Positions 1 to 11,100 of a DNA stretch of 64,000 nucleotides are shown piece by piece. The notes under the pieces are model-generated. The model was not told the origin of the DNA. It worked only from the letters and a program-made list of their open reading frames with translations, and did no database searches. Location: positions 1 to 64,000 of the forward strand of contig CAVVAQ010000028.1 in NCBI GenBank assembly GCA_963746295.1, in the 5' to 3' direction. Position 1 is the first letter of the stretch; every line of letters begins with the position of its first letter. Both the position numbers and the translations under genes were made by a program. Origin of the DNA: an uncultured Nitrospira sp. (GTDB taxonomy: Bacteria; Nitrospirota; Thermodesulfovibrionia; Thermodesulfovibrionales; UBA6898).

Positions 1-287
1 CGGTGGTGGTGGCGGAGGTACGAAGGGCGGCGGCGGCGGCGACCCGGACCTTCGAGCGGGACGGGGCGTCCCTCTCGGCGGTGGGCGCGGCAACAACCCT
101 CCGGGCAAGTCGGCTGCGGCCTATGCGGGGGCCGGGACCCTCGCGGTCCGCGGGCTCCTGAACGCCACCGGCGTCCGTGCCCGCGCTCCCTCCGCGACCC
201 CGACTTCCGGGCGGCCGCCGCGCGGATGGTGGACTCGGCGCTCCTGGCCGAGTTCTTGCTATAAGCGTTGGTGCGCCGGCGTTCTCC

Positions 288-705
288 ATGCTCCTCCTCC
301 TCCTCTCCGCTTGCGACACCTGCAAAGAGCTCGTCGCGCCACCCGTCTCCGCCTGCTTCGGCGGCGAGGGGGTCGAGTGGGACTACGGCACGCTCGAGCT
401 CGCCGTCGAGGGGACCGTCGTGTCCGTGGCGACCGGTCCCCGCCCCGAGGCGTGCATGGTGAGCGTAGGAAACGAGGAGACCGGCGAGGGCCTCGTCATC
501 GAGGTCGAGGACCCGGCCGGCACCCGGTACGTCGTCTCCTACGCCATCCCCGCGCTCGACGCGCCCGTCGCGGTGGGGGACGTGGTCTCCCTCAATCTGG
601 TGTCCACCGACGAGGAGTTGGCACCCAACGTCGGCCGGGCGCGCCTCCTCGACGCGTCCGGTGCGCCGCTCGTGGTGGTGACCGAGGCGGGGTCGCTCGA
701 TCCTT
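288..705 (+). CDS. Putative lipoprotein/hypothetical protein, 3'-truncated at a sequence junction
   Basis: ORF 177..827 has a lipobox-like MLLLLLSAC and an acidic beta-rich body with high GC3. It stops looking protein-like at ~705, where acyl-CoA ligase sequence begins in another frame. Confidence 0.45.
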
Positions 706-1920
706 CCCGGCGAAGGCAGTCGAGTTCCGCCGGCTGCCGTTCAACCACCCGCTCTATATCATGTACTCGTCGGGCACCACCGGCGTGCCCAAGGGCATCG
801 TCCACGGCGCCGGCGGCACGTTGCTGATGCACGCCAAGGAGCATCGCTTGCATTGCGACGTGAAGCGCGGCGACCGCGTCTTCTACTACACGACCACCGG
901 CTGGATGATGTGGGACTGGCTGGTCACCGCACTCGCCGCGCGAAGCCACGCTCATGCTCTACGACGGCTCGCCGTTCCTGGGCCGCGGGAGCGTGCTGTT
1001 CGATTTCGCGGCCGAGGAGGGCATCACGCACTTCGGCGTGTCGGCCAAGTACCTCGACGCGATCGCCAAGCTGCGGTGCGGCCCGCCGTGACCCACAAGC
1101 TGGATGCGCTGCGCGTGTTGCTGTCGACCGGCTCGCCCCTGTCGCCGGAAGGCTTCGAGTACGTCTATCGCGACATCAAGGCCGACGTCTGCCTCGCGTC
1201 GATCAGCGGCGGCACGGACATCGTCGCCTGCTTCGCCGGCGGCTGCCCGATCCTGCCGGTGTGGGCGCGGCGAGATCCAGCGCCGCCTGCTCGGCATGGC
1301 GGTGGAGGTGGTGGACGAGAAGGGGGCGCCCGTGCGTGGCGTGAAGGGCGAGCTGGTCTGCACAAAGCCGTTCCCCACGATGCCGCTCGGTTTCTGGAAC
1401 GATCCCGGGGACTGCGCTACCGCCGCGCCTACTTCGAGCGCTTCGCCAACGTCTGGACCCACGGCGACTATTGCGAGATCACCCGCCACGGCGGCCTCGT
1501 GATCCACGGCCGCTCGGATGCGGTGCTGAACCCGGGCGGCGTTCGCATCGGCACGGCGGAGATCTACCGCCAGGTGGAGAAGCTCGACGAGATCGAGGAG
1601 TGGCTGGTGATCGGCCAGGATTGGCCGCCCGCCCATCCGCGCGACGTTCGCGTGGTGCTGTTCGTGCGGCTGCGCGAAGGCGTCGAGCTGGACGAGGCGC
1701 TGGTGAAGAAGGTGCGCGAGACCATCCGCGCCAACACGACGTCGCGCCACGTGCCGGCGAAGATCGTCGCGGTGCCCGACATCCCGCGTACCAAGAGCAA
1801 CAAGATCGTGGAGCTCGCGGTGCGCGCGGTGGTGCATGGCGAGCCGGTCAGGAATCTCGAAGCGCTCGCGAACCCCGAGGCGCTCGAGCATTTCAAGGGG
1901 CTGCCGGAGCTGGCGGCTAG
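706..1920 (+). CDS. Acetoacetate-CoA ligase (AMP-binding family), C-terminal half only, frameshifted
   Basis: [80 protein letters not shown] and [12 protein letters not shown] are spread over several frames. The N-terminus is absent. Confidence 0.88.
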
Positions 1921-1922
1921 AC

Positions 1923-2607
1923 ATGCGCTGCGGCTTCGCATCGCCCTGGTGGTCATCGCGCTGGCAGGCCTTCCCGTTCGCGGCGACCTGGTTTACGGGC
2001 AGAGAGCTTTGCAGCGCGGCGATCCCGAGAACGCCTACAAGGAATTCAAGGCGGCCGCTGAAGCCGGGGATGCGGAGGCCGCCCGCAGGCTCGGGCTGAT
2101 GCTGGGGCGCGGAATCGAGTTCAAGGGTGGTGGAAAGATTGAAGCGCGGCCGGCCGAGGCCGCGCATTGGTATCGCGTGGGCGCGGACATGGGTGACGTG
2201 GTCTGCGCAGACGTGCCTTGGCGATACTGGCCGTCGGGCGCGGCGTGCCGCGGGATTCGGACGAGGCGCTGCGGCGCTTCAGGCAGGCTGGTCGTGACGT
2301 CGATGGGTGGTCTTCGAAGATGGCTGCCTATTCCGAGCCCGATCGCACCGAGATCCTGGCGTGGTTCATCGCCTTGGGCGCGGTGATGCGGCGCGAACTC
2401 AGACCGTCGCGTGGTGGTAGGGCCTCAGGCAAGGTGACCCTCGAGGTATTTGCCGACCCACCGCACGTCGCCGTCAGGAGCGAAGGCGATCCCCGATACA
2501 TGGCAAGGGTGGAGTTCCATGGAAAAGAGGCGCTCGAGCTGGCTCCTCCACCGCCCGCCGCGGTGCGCCATAAGGCGACCCGCGATTTCGAGTTCGTCTT
2601 CAACTAG
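1923..2607 (+). CDS. Secreted Sel1-repeat protein with a small C-terminal domain, frameshifted
   Basis: Signal-like LRIALVVIALAGLPVRG; Sel1-like AAEAGDAEAARRLGLML, EAAHWYRVGADMGD and GRGVPRDSDEALRRFRQAG. Continues in ORF 2218..2607. Confidence 0.6.
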
Positions 2608-2609
2608 CG

Positions 2610-3530
2610 ATGCGCTCGCCCACCTTCTACGCGGGCCTGTCGATCGCCACCTCGGTGGTGACGATCGCGCTCAAGTTCGGCGCCTACTGGGTGACCGGCT
2701 CGGTGGGCCTGCTGTCGGATGCGATCGAGGCGTTCGTGAACATCGCCGCGGCGCTGGTGGCGCTCGGCGCGCTCACCTACGCGGCAGGCGCGGCCGGACC
2801 GCGAGCACAACTTCGGCCACGAGAAGGCGGAGTACTTCTCGAGCGGCATCGAGGGCGCGCTGATCTTCGTGGCCGCCGGGGCGATCGTCTGGACCGCGGT
2901 GCCGCGCCTCATGAACCCGCAGCCGATCGAGCAAGTCGGCCTGGGCCTCGTGCTCTCGGTGCTGGCCGCGGTCGCCAACGCGGCGTGCGCGTGGGTGATG
3001 CTGAAGGCCGCGCGCGAGCACCGCTCGATCACGCTCGAGGCCGACGCGCAAGCACCTGCTCACCGACGTGTGGACCACGGCGGGCGTGGTGGTGGGCGTG
3101 CTGCTCGTCGCGGGCACCGGCTACCTGCTGCATCGACCCGATCGTGGCCATCCTGGTCGCGCTGCAGGTGCTGTGGACCGGCTGGCACCTGATCCACCGC
3201 TCGTTCCAGGGCCTCATGGACCGCGCGTTCGCCGACGAGGAGATCGCGACAGATCACCGCGGTGCTCGACACGCTGCGCCACCAGGGCTGCGACTACCAC
3301 GCGCTGCGCACGCGCCAGTGCCGGGCGCGCGCGGCTTCGTCGACGTGCACGTGCTGGTGCCCGGCCAGACCAGCGTGCAGGAGGGCCACGACATGGTCGA
3401 GGACCTCGGAACGAGGATCATCGAACGGCTGCCCCACGTGGAGGTGCTGATCCACCTCGAGCCCCTCGAGGATCCGAAGAGCTACGAGGACACGCCCGCA
3501 CGCCGTAAGCAGGGCCTGCAAGTCCGGTGA
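2610..3530 (+). CDS. Cation diffusion facilitator (FieF-like) transporter, frameshifted
   Basis: TGSVGLLSDAIE, HNFGHEKAEY (alternate frame), SITLEADA.HL.TDVWT, DPIVAILVA, FVDVHVLVP and IHLEP. Confidence 0.88.
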   Translation: MRSPTFYAGLSIATSVVTIALKFGAYWVTGSVGLLSDAIEAFVNIAAALVALGALTYAAGAAGPRAQLRPREGGVLLERHRGRADLRGRRGDRLDRGAAPHEPAADRASRPGPRALGAGRGRQRGVRVGDAEGRARAPLDHARGRRASTCSPTCGPRRAWWWACCSSRAPATCCIDPIVAILVALQVLWTGWHLIHRSFQGLMDRAFADEEIATDHRGARHAAPPGLRLPRAAHAPVPGARGFVDVHVLVPGQTSVQEGHDMVEDLGTRIIERLPHVEVLIHLEPLEDPKSYEDTPARRKQGLQVR

Positions 3531-3591
3531 TGCCGGCTTGCTGGCAGACTCGGGGAGCAGCCCCTCCCGCTACCTCGCCAGGAAGGTCCCC

Positions 3592-3980
3592 ATGCCCGAT
3601 CCCCTCAGCGCACGCGAAGGCGCTCCTCAAGGACGGCTTCGCGATCGACGCCCTCGGCGGCGCCATCGTCCACCCCACGCCGCACGTCGACACCGGCACC
3701 TACGAGGAGCGCCTGCTGGAGTACGGCTGGGGCTCGATGGCGGCCTGCCTGGTCTCCGAGCCCTCCTACAACGCCACGTTCGAAGAGGTGCTGACCGCCA
3801 TCAACGAGAACCTGCTGTACTTCGAGATGAGCCCCAAGGTGAAGCACGTCGAGCGCATCGAGGACTTCGCCGAGGCGAAGAAGAGCGGGCGCCTCGGCGT
3901 CTTCTTCCAGCTGCAGAGCGGCAGCTGCATCGAGCAGGACCGGAAGCGCGTGCGCATCCTCCACAAGCTCGGCTTGCGGC
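3592..3980 (+). CDS. Membrane dipeptidase (M19)-like protein, 3'-truncated
   Basis: SD-like AGGAAGG before the ATG. DFAEAKKSGRLGVFFQLQ...RVRILHKLGLR resembles M19 dipeptidases. The sequence breaks off at the GC drop. Confidence 0.6.
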
Positions 3981-4029
3981 AACAGAAAAATAAGATGCGC
4001 CTAATTTCCCTGGTTTTAAATCCTGTTCC

Positions 4030-4146
4030 CTATTTTGCTGCGCCTTTGGGTTGTTTGTTCTTCTTATCTTTCAGATCTTTTGCCTCTTTGATCGACTTCT
4101 GTTTCTGGCCCTTTTCTTTGTCCTTTTTGCCGCCTTTGTCTCCCAT
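4030..4146 (-). CDS. Small lysine-rich protein (38 aa), not in the ORF track
   Basis: Strong SD (AAAGGAGGA) before the ATG; reads MGDKGGKKDKEKGQKQKSIKEAKDLKDKKNKQPKGAAK*. Confidence 0.7.
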   Translation of the reverse strand: MGDKGGKKDKEKGQKQKSIKEAKDLKDKKNKQPKGAAK

Positions 4147-4266
4147 GGTGTTCCTCCTTTGGTATTGCCGGTCATATGAATGTCTTTCATGAACCTGTGT
4201 TCATCTTGTTCAATGCTACCAGAAGTATGTGCCAAAGGCAAGAGCGGGAAAGCCTTTCTGCTGATT

Positions 4267-5139
4267 TCAGCAGACCGAGTTTTTCAGAAACTCCTTCAGG
4301 TCGCTCCCGATATCCTCCCTGTCCAGGGCATATTTTATAACCGCCTTGAGGTAGTTTAGCGGATCTCCGGTAGTCAGCCACTCCCCGTTATCCACCTCTT
4401 TGGCCAGAAAGATCCCCCCGCGTTCAACATACTGACGGATTGCATCAACAATCCAGAGCTCGTTGTCTTTGCCCAGAGGAATCTCTCTCAGAATATCGAT
4501 AATATCCTGATTTAAGATCATCCGCCCGAAATCCGCCAACTCAGACGGTGCCTCATCAATGGATGGTTTTTCTATAATATTTTCGATCTCCGCGGAGTGG
4601 GGACGTAACTTTACAATCCCGTAACGGTTTACCATCTCTCTTTCGACTTTCTGTACCCCGATCATCAGACGGCCATGTGTCTGATAATCCTCTATCATCT
4701 GTTTGGTGAAGGACACCTTCGAGCGCACAAGATCATCACCCCAAACATATATGAACGGTTCGTTGTATACCAGGCTCGCGGCAGAAAGTACCGGTGTACC
4801 GTTCCCATAAGGCCCCTTTTGCCTGATATAAATGAAATTGGCCATCTCGGAAATTCGTGTTATTTCCTCGAGCTGTTTCAGCTTGCCCCCTTCTCTTAAT
4901 TCATTAGCCAGGGCCCAGTTATGATCGAAGTGGTCTTCCAAAGGCTTCTTGTCCCATTTTGTAACCAGGATAATATCCTGTATCCCCGCCTCCACCAATT
5001 CCTCAACAACCAATTGAATAATAGGCTTATCCACGATCGGCAACATCTCTTTCGGCATGGTCTTTGTTGCCGGCAGGAATCTGGTTCCGGCGCCGGCCAC
5101 TGCGACAATCGCTTTCTTAATTGTCTGCACAGGTCGCAT
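4267..5139 (-). CDS. galU: UTP-glucose-1-phosphate uridylyltransferase
   Basis: KKAIVAVAGAGTRFLPATKTMPKEMLPIVDKPIIQ, WGDD and IEKP motifs; SD AGGAGA. Confidence 0.88.
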   Translation of the reverse strand: MRPVQTIKKAIVAVAGAGTRFLPATKTMPKEMLPIVDKPIIQLVVEELVEAGIQDIILVTKWDKKPLEDHFDHNWALANELREGGKLKQLEEITRISEMANFIYIRQKGPYGNGTPVLSAASLVYNEPFIYVWGDDLVRSKVSFTKQMIEDYQTHGRLMIGVQKVEREMVNRYGIVKLRPHSAEIENIIEKPSIDEAPSELADFGRMILNQDIIDILREIPLGKDNELWIVDAIRQYVERGGIFLAKEVDNGEWLTTGDPLNYLKAVIKYALDREDIGSDLKEFLKNSVC

Positions 5140-5157
5140 ACTTTCTCCTTTCTCCTG

Positions 5158-8100
5158 TCATGTGCTTGGCGCACTATTTTTCGCTGCTTTGTCCTGAACG
5201 GGTATTCTCACCTCGACCGAATGTTCCTGACGGTCGTCAAGAAGTGGAATAGCATTGCCCGGCAGTTCAACGCCGTCGACGGTCACACCCGCCACGCTGC
5301 CGTCGCCCGTTTGCAGCACAGTGATATGGTAGATGGTTTCCCGGTATCGGTAATGCACCTTGAACGCCTCCCAATCCGCAGGCAGGCACGGCTCGAAACG
5401 CAGCTTGTCTGTTTCAAGCCGCAGCCCGAGAAGCGATTCGAGGACAAGCCGGTACATCCAGCCGGCTGATCCCGTGTACCACGTCCATCCACCGCGGCCG
5501 ATGTGCGGCGAGACCGCATATACGTCGGCCGCAACAACATACGGTTCTACTTTGTAGGTTGCAACTGCTTCCGCAGAGTCCGCGCATGGTTCACCGGGTT
5601 GATCATGGCCAGCAGTTCCCAGGCGCGACTGCCGTCTCCCAATGCAGCGAAGGCCATCGCCGCCCAGATCGCCGCATGGGTGTATTGCCCTCCATTCTCC
5701 CTTACGCCCGGGACGTATCCCTTTATATAGCCGGGATTCAGATCCGATTTGTCGAAGGGCGGGTCCAGAAGCTGGATCAGGCCATGATCCCGTCGAACAA
5801 GATGCTTGTCCACAGCTTCCATTGCCATGGCGTGAGCGTTCGGCATCCCCGGCGCCCGAGAGAACAGACCAGCTCTGCGCTATCGAATCGATCCGGCATT
5901 CGGCATTGCCCGCAGAACCCAGCGGCGTACCGTCGTCGAAGTAAGCGCGGCGGTACCATTGACCATCCCAGCCTTTCTCTTCGATATTTCTGCGCAGTTG
6001 AGCAGCCTCCTCCTGACAGCGTTCGACAAAGGGCAGATCGTCGTGCAGACGCGCAATCTCGCAAAACTCCACGAGCACTTTATAGAGGAAGAATCCCAGC
6101 CAGACGCTTTCACCCTTGCCGCGTTCGCCCACCATGTTCATTCCGTCGTTCCAGTCACCCGAGCCGATGAGCGGCAGACCGTGCTCACCGAGTCTGAGGC
6201 CATTCAGTATGGCCCGCACGCAATGTTCGTACAAGGTGGCTGTTTCGTCAGACCGGCCGGGAAGATCGTAATACGAGTCCTCATCAGCTGCTTACCGGAC
6301 GGCCCTCGATGAAGCGGACGGGTTCATCCAATACGCCGGTGTCTCCGGTGTTCAGAACATAGCGGGCACGCAGCCAACGGCAGCCAGAGGAAGTCGTCCG
6401 AACAGTGTGTACGCACGCCCCGGCCTGACGGAGGATGCCACCAATGCTGAACATCCCCCTCCTGAAACTGACGGGCCGCACAGAGGAGGAGATGTTCGCG
6501 AACCAGGCGGGGTTCGGTATGGATGAGCGCCATCACGTCCTGCAACTGGTCGCGGAAACCGAAGGCGCCCGCCTGACTGGTAGTATCCGGACCGCGCCCA
6601 AAGACGGCACGCGAGCGTTTGGTACAGGAGCCAGCCGTTGGCCAGGATGTTGACGGACTGGTCCGGCGTTTCCACCTGTACCGCGCCGAGGGTATGGTTC
6701 CAGTACTGCCAGACCGCTTCGAGAGCTCTGCGCGCGGCAGCAGATCCGCGGAAGCGACGCACCAGATTGCCGGCGTCATCAGCGTCCCGCCCTGCGCCGA
6801 GCATGAAGATGATCTCACGCTCCTGCCCGTCGGCCAGGTCAAAGGGGACCTGGATAGCGGCACAGGGGTCCAAAGCGGTCCCCACCTTGCCGGAAAGCCG
6901 CGACCGGGTCATCGCCTCCGGGCTTCGAAGCGTGCCGTTACGGCCAAGGAACTCGGTCCTGTCGCCGCTTACGGTCCGGGTCGCATCAGCCACATCGAAG
7001 AAGGCGGTCCGGTCAGCGAACTCCGTGTTGTAGGGGTTTAGTGCGAAGATCGCGCCGGTATCGGGGTCAACTTTGGTGATTACGTGCATCCCCGATTTCG
7101 GTCGCAGATCTCCCAGCACCCATTCTACGTAGCCGGTGGCGGAGAGACGGCGGGAACGGCCTGACCCGTTCCTCACTTTCAATACCGTGAACTTGACCGG
7201 TGCGTCTATGGCCACGTAAATCCAGACCTCGGAGCTGATGCCGTCTTCTGTGTGTTCAAAGACGCTATAGCCGAACCCGTGACGGCTGGTGTATGGCGTC
7301 AGACCGCGACTGGGCAGCGGCAGGGGGGAGCAGAATTGACCGCTCTCTTCATCACGGATATAGAACGCCTCTCCGCCCGAATCGCACACCGGATCGTTAT
7401 ACCAGGGAGTGAGGCGGAACTCGTGGGCGTTCTCGCTCCACGTGTAGGCAGAGCCGCTCTCTGAAATTATGGTCCCGAAGTTCGGATTTGCCAGCACATT
7501 CACCCATGGAGCCGGAGTCACCTGCCCCCGCGTAGTCGTAATGATGTACTCTCGTCCATCATGGCTGAATCCTCCCAGCTCGTTGAAAAAGATCAGATCG
7601 CGGCGCGGCATTGCAACGACGGGCGAGGATTCCGGGCGAAGGGTCCGGACGGTTTGAGGCGGGGTACTGTTGTTTTCACAAGACCGCGGAGGTTCACCTG
7701 TTCCTCCAGCGTTCCCCACTTGTCGCTGATCACAACGCGGGCTACTGTCTGGAGCAGAATGCGGTCTTCGTTCGATATCTGCTCAGCGAGTCTCACGAAA
7801 ATGCCGCCCGGGCGATCTGTCACGTTGGCTTCGAGTCCTGCGGCAATGAGCCCCATAATCTGGTCGTGCAGAAGTTGCCGGTACCCTGCGCGATCTTCGT
7901 TCCAGATCACCAGGTCCACTGCCAGTCCTTTTAAACGCCAGTACGCGTGGGCCTGGACGAGCTGCCTCACAAGGTCGATATTGGCAGGATCTTCGATCCG
8001 CAGCAGCACGATCGGCAGGTCCCCGGAAATGGCGTATCCCCAGAGACCGGATTGCCCGCGACGGTTTTTTCTGAGAATGTCCGTGTCAGAGCGCAGAGAG

Positions 8101-11100
8101 GAATTGGCGTAGATGATAGAGCCCGCAAGGCGTCCGTAGAGTTGCGCGTCGGACTCAGTGACATTGAGCTGCTGCAGGACCACCTGGCTGTGTGTCCACG
8201 CCAGATCGAAGACGCGGTCCGCGAAACGCCGGTCCTGGTATTTCTCGACAAGGCCCATACAGACGTCCCGGGTTTCTCCGAGTCCGGAGACTACGTCTAT
8301 CGTTGCCGACGCATCCGGATCGAGCGTGATCCGGTACCTGATCGCGACAACCGGGTCCAGCACTGACCCCTCGCTGCCGGAAAGCGCCCCTGAGAGAGTC
8401 GAGCGTCCGCTCATGGCTTTCGGACTGGCTGCGGTCCTTCCCCGACCGATGAACTTCATGCGGTCAGTCTCATAGGAAACTTCTCCGATGTCTGCCCCGT
8501 GCGCGATCATCAGGTGAAACATCCATGGAGAGTGCTCTTCAAGGGAACGGGGCCGGCGGGTGCAGAGGATCGCCCGCCTGTGGCCGATAATCTCTGTCTG
8601 AACAAAGAGATTGCTGAACGCAGGATGCAGCTCGTCCGCGGCAGACGGCGCGAGCACGACTTCAGCATAACTCGTTACGTCAATCGCTCTGCGCGTCCGG
8701 GAGGAGTTCGTGATGCGGATCCGACGCAGTTCGATGTCATCTTCCGGCGAGACAACGATCTCTGTATGCATATCGTAGTCGAAGTCGCGGCGGCGAAACT
8801 CAGCCCGGCCTTCCGAAAAAATCGCTTCGTAGGTGTCAGCCCGTTTGAGAGTGGGCTGATACGCGGTTGACCAGAACTTCCCGCTCGCCACATCGCGGAG
8901 GTAACAGAACGTGCCCCAGTTGTCACAGGTGGTGTCTTCGCGCCAGCGTGTTACCGACAGGTCCTTCCAGCGGCTGTAACCGCCTCCGGCGTTCGTGACC
9001 ACGACGTGGTATCTGCCGTTGGACAGCAGTTGCACCTCTGGTATCGGAGTGTTGGGGTTGCTGAAAACACGCACCGGCATTTCCGTACCACCGGAATCAG
9101 CACGGAGGTCGGAGAACTCGGGGGTCTCCAGATAAAAAGCCGTTGCCCTTGGGACCCGCTCCTGGAGCAGGAGCATAACGGCCTGGAACGACGGGTCCGA
9201 CTCGAATCTTTTCTGCATTGGACGGTCCAGCAGCAGATGGGCGAGGGAGAGAAGGCTCATGCCCTGGTGATGTGCCATGAAGGAGCGCACTGCCGTGCTC
9301 GCTTCTCTTCGCCGCTGACGTGAGGGGGTATAGTCGATCGCTTCATAAAAACCATAACGGGCCTCAAAGCCCCTGGCACTGATACGCTGCAGGTTCAGGC
9401 ATGCCTCCTCAGGCTCCACCATCAGCGCAAGTACCGAGGCATAGGGGGCAATGACCAGGTCATCGGCAAGTCCGCGCTTGAGCCCCAGACCGGGCACGCC
9501 GAAAGCGCGGTATTGATAGTTGAGATGAACGTCGACTGTGTTATAGCCTGATTCAGACATGCCCCACGGTACGCCGCGCTGCCTCCCATACTCTATCTGC
9601 CTGTCCACAGCAGCCTTATAGGTCTGGTCGAGCAGCGTGTTTTCATACGTCGGCATTACCAAAAGCGGCATGAGGTATTCGAACATCGAACCGCTCCATG
9701 AAAGAAGAATCGGCTCCCCGCCGACGTTCGTAAGCAGCCGCCCCAGACTGAACCAGCTCTCCTGCGGCAGTTGTCCCTGAGCGATCGCCACAAAGCAGCA
9801 TAATCTCGCTTCCGAAGCCAGCAGATCGTAGTAGCCCGCGTCCCTCCGACGCTCCCCAACGTTGTACCCGATAGCCAGCAGATGACGCGTAGCGTCAAAC
9901 AGAAAATCATAGTCCATGCGCGCGAGTTCACTTGCCTGCAATGCAAGACGCCCGATGTCCGCAATTCTCTCACTGGCACGCTGGTTGCCAAGTTCTGCCA
10001 GTTCGCGCAGCGTCGGGATCTTGTCAGTGCTGTTCCCTGTTGAAGAATCGAGAAACATCAGATCATCGAGAGCGGACCGGCATTGACCGGCAAAGGCGCG
10101 CGCCCACCACGTAACTTCCCTGTCCGTATCCGTATCCAGAGCCTCGCAACTGTCAATCACCCCAGCGGCGGATGCAGCCAACTGCTCCAGACTCTGCCGT
10201 GCAGCGGCGAGCGTATCCGGAGGGGCATTATATACAGGCATCGAGTTCCTTCCGGAGTTGAGCCAGTCGAACATGAGCGCCTCCTGCGGAAGCCGTTGCT
10301 GCCGCAGCGTCCAGGAGAATCATTATGGTATCGATAAGACCGTCAAATACTCTTGGATTCAGGATCTTTTGATCGGGCAGGGCGAGCAGACCGGGCCGCA
10401 ATGTCAGCAGATGAGCAGCGAGGTTACCGCTGTCCACCGTCGAAATGTACATAGGCAGCAGCGGTTTCAGAGACTGCGTATCATACCAGTTGTAGAAGTG
10501 GCCCCGGTGCCGTTCCAGGGCTTCCATCGTGCGCAGCGCATTCTCCGTACGCTCGATGAGTTGTCCGGCTGAAAGATAACCGAAGTCATACGCGGACAAA
10601 TTCGCGAGCAGCGCAAGTCCCATGTTGGTCGGCGACGTGCGATGCGCAACTGCTGCAACACGATACTCCTGATAGTTATCAGGTGGCAGCCAATGATCTT
10701 CCGGGCCGACAAAGGTCTCGAAAAACGCCCAGGTCCTTCGCGAAATCTTCCGGAGAAAGAGGGTTTGTTCAGTCGTCAGCCTTGCTCCGCGGCGGGTGAG
10801 CGGCCGGCTGATCCACCACGCGATAACAGGGGAGGCAAACCAGAGTCCCAGCACAGGACAGGCTAGAACTACCGCTACCGGCCTCGAAAGCGACAGATAG
10901 GTCAATGCGGCGATGGCAATTATGGGGCCGATCCACATCGTCCGGCAGGCGGCTGCGAGGTCTTCCCGGATATTACGGCTGCCGCGGTCTGCGTCGCCCG
11001 AAGGGCTCCATTCCAGAAGTCGTGTGCGCGTCAGCATGCGCCACGCGGTGCGCACAATAGCATCCAGGCTGAAAAAAGCCTCATAAGGCAGACACGCGAG

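Noticed and set aside
311..2386. 691-aa ORF apparently fusing CoA ligase and Sel1 protein
   Set aside because: It is a patchwork of frames caused by indels and a junction; the Arg-rich stretches are off-frame GC-rich sequence.
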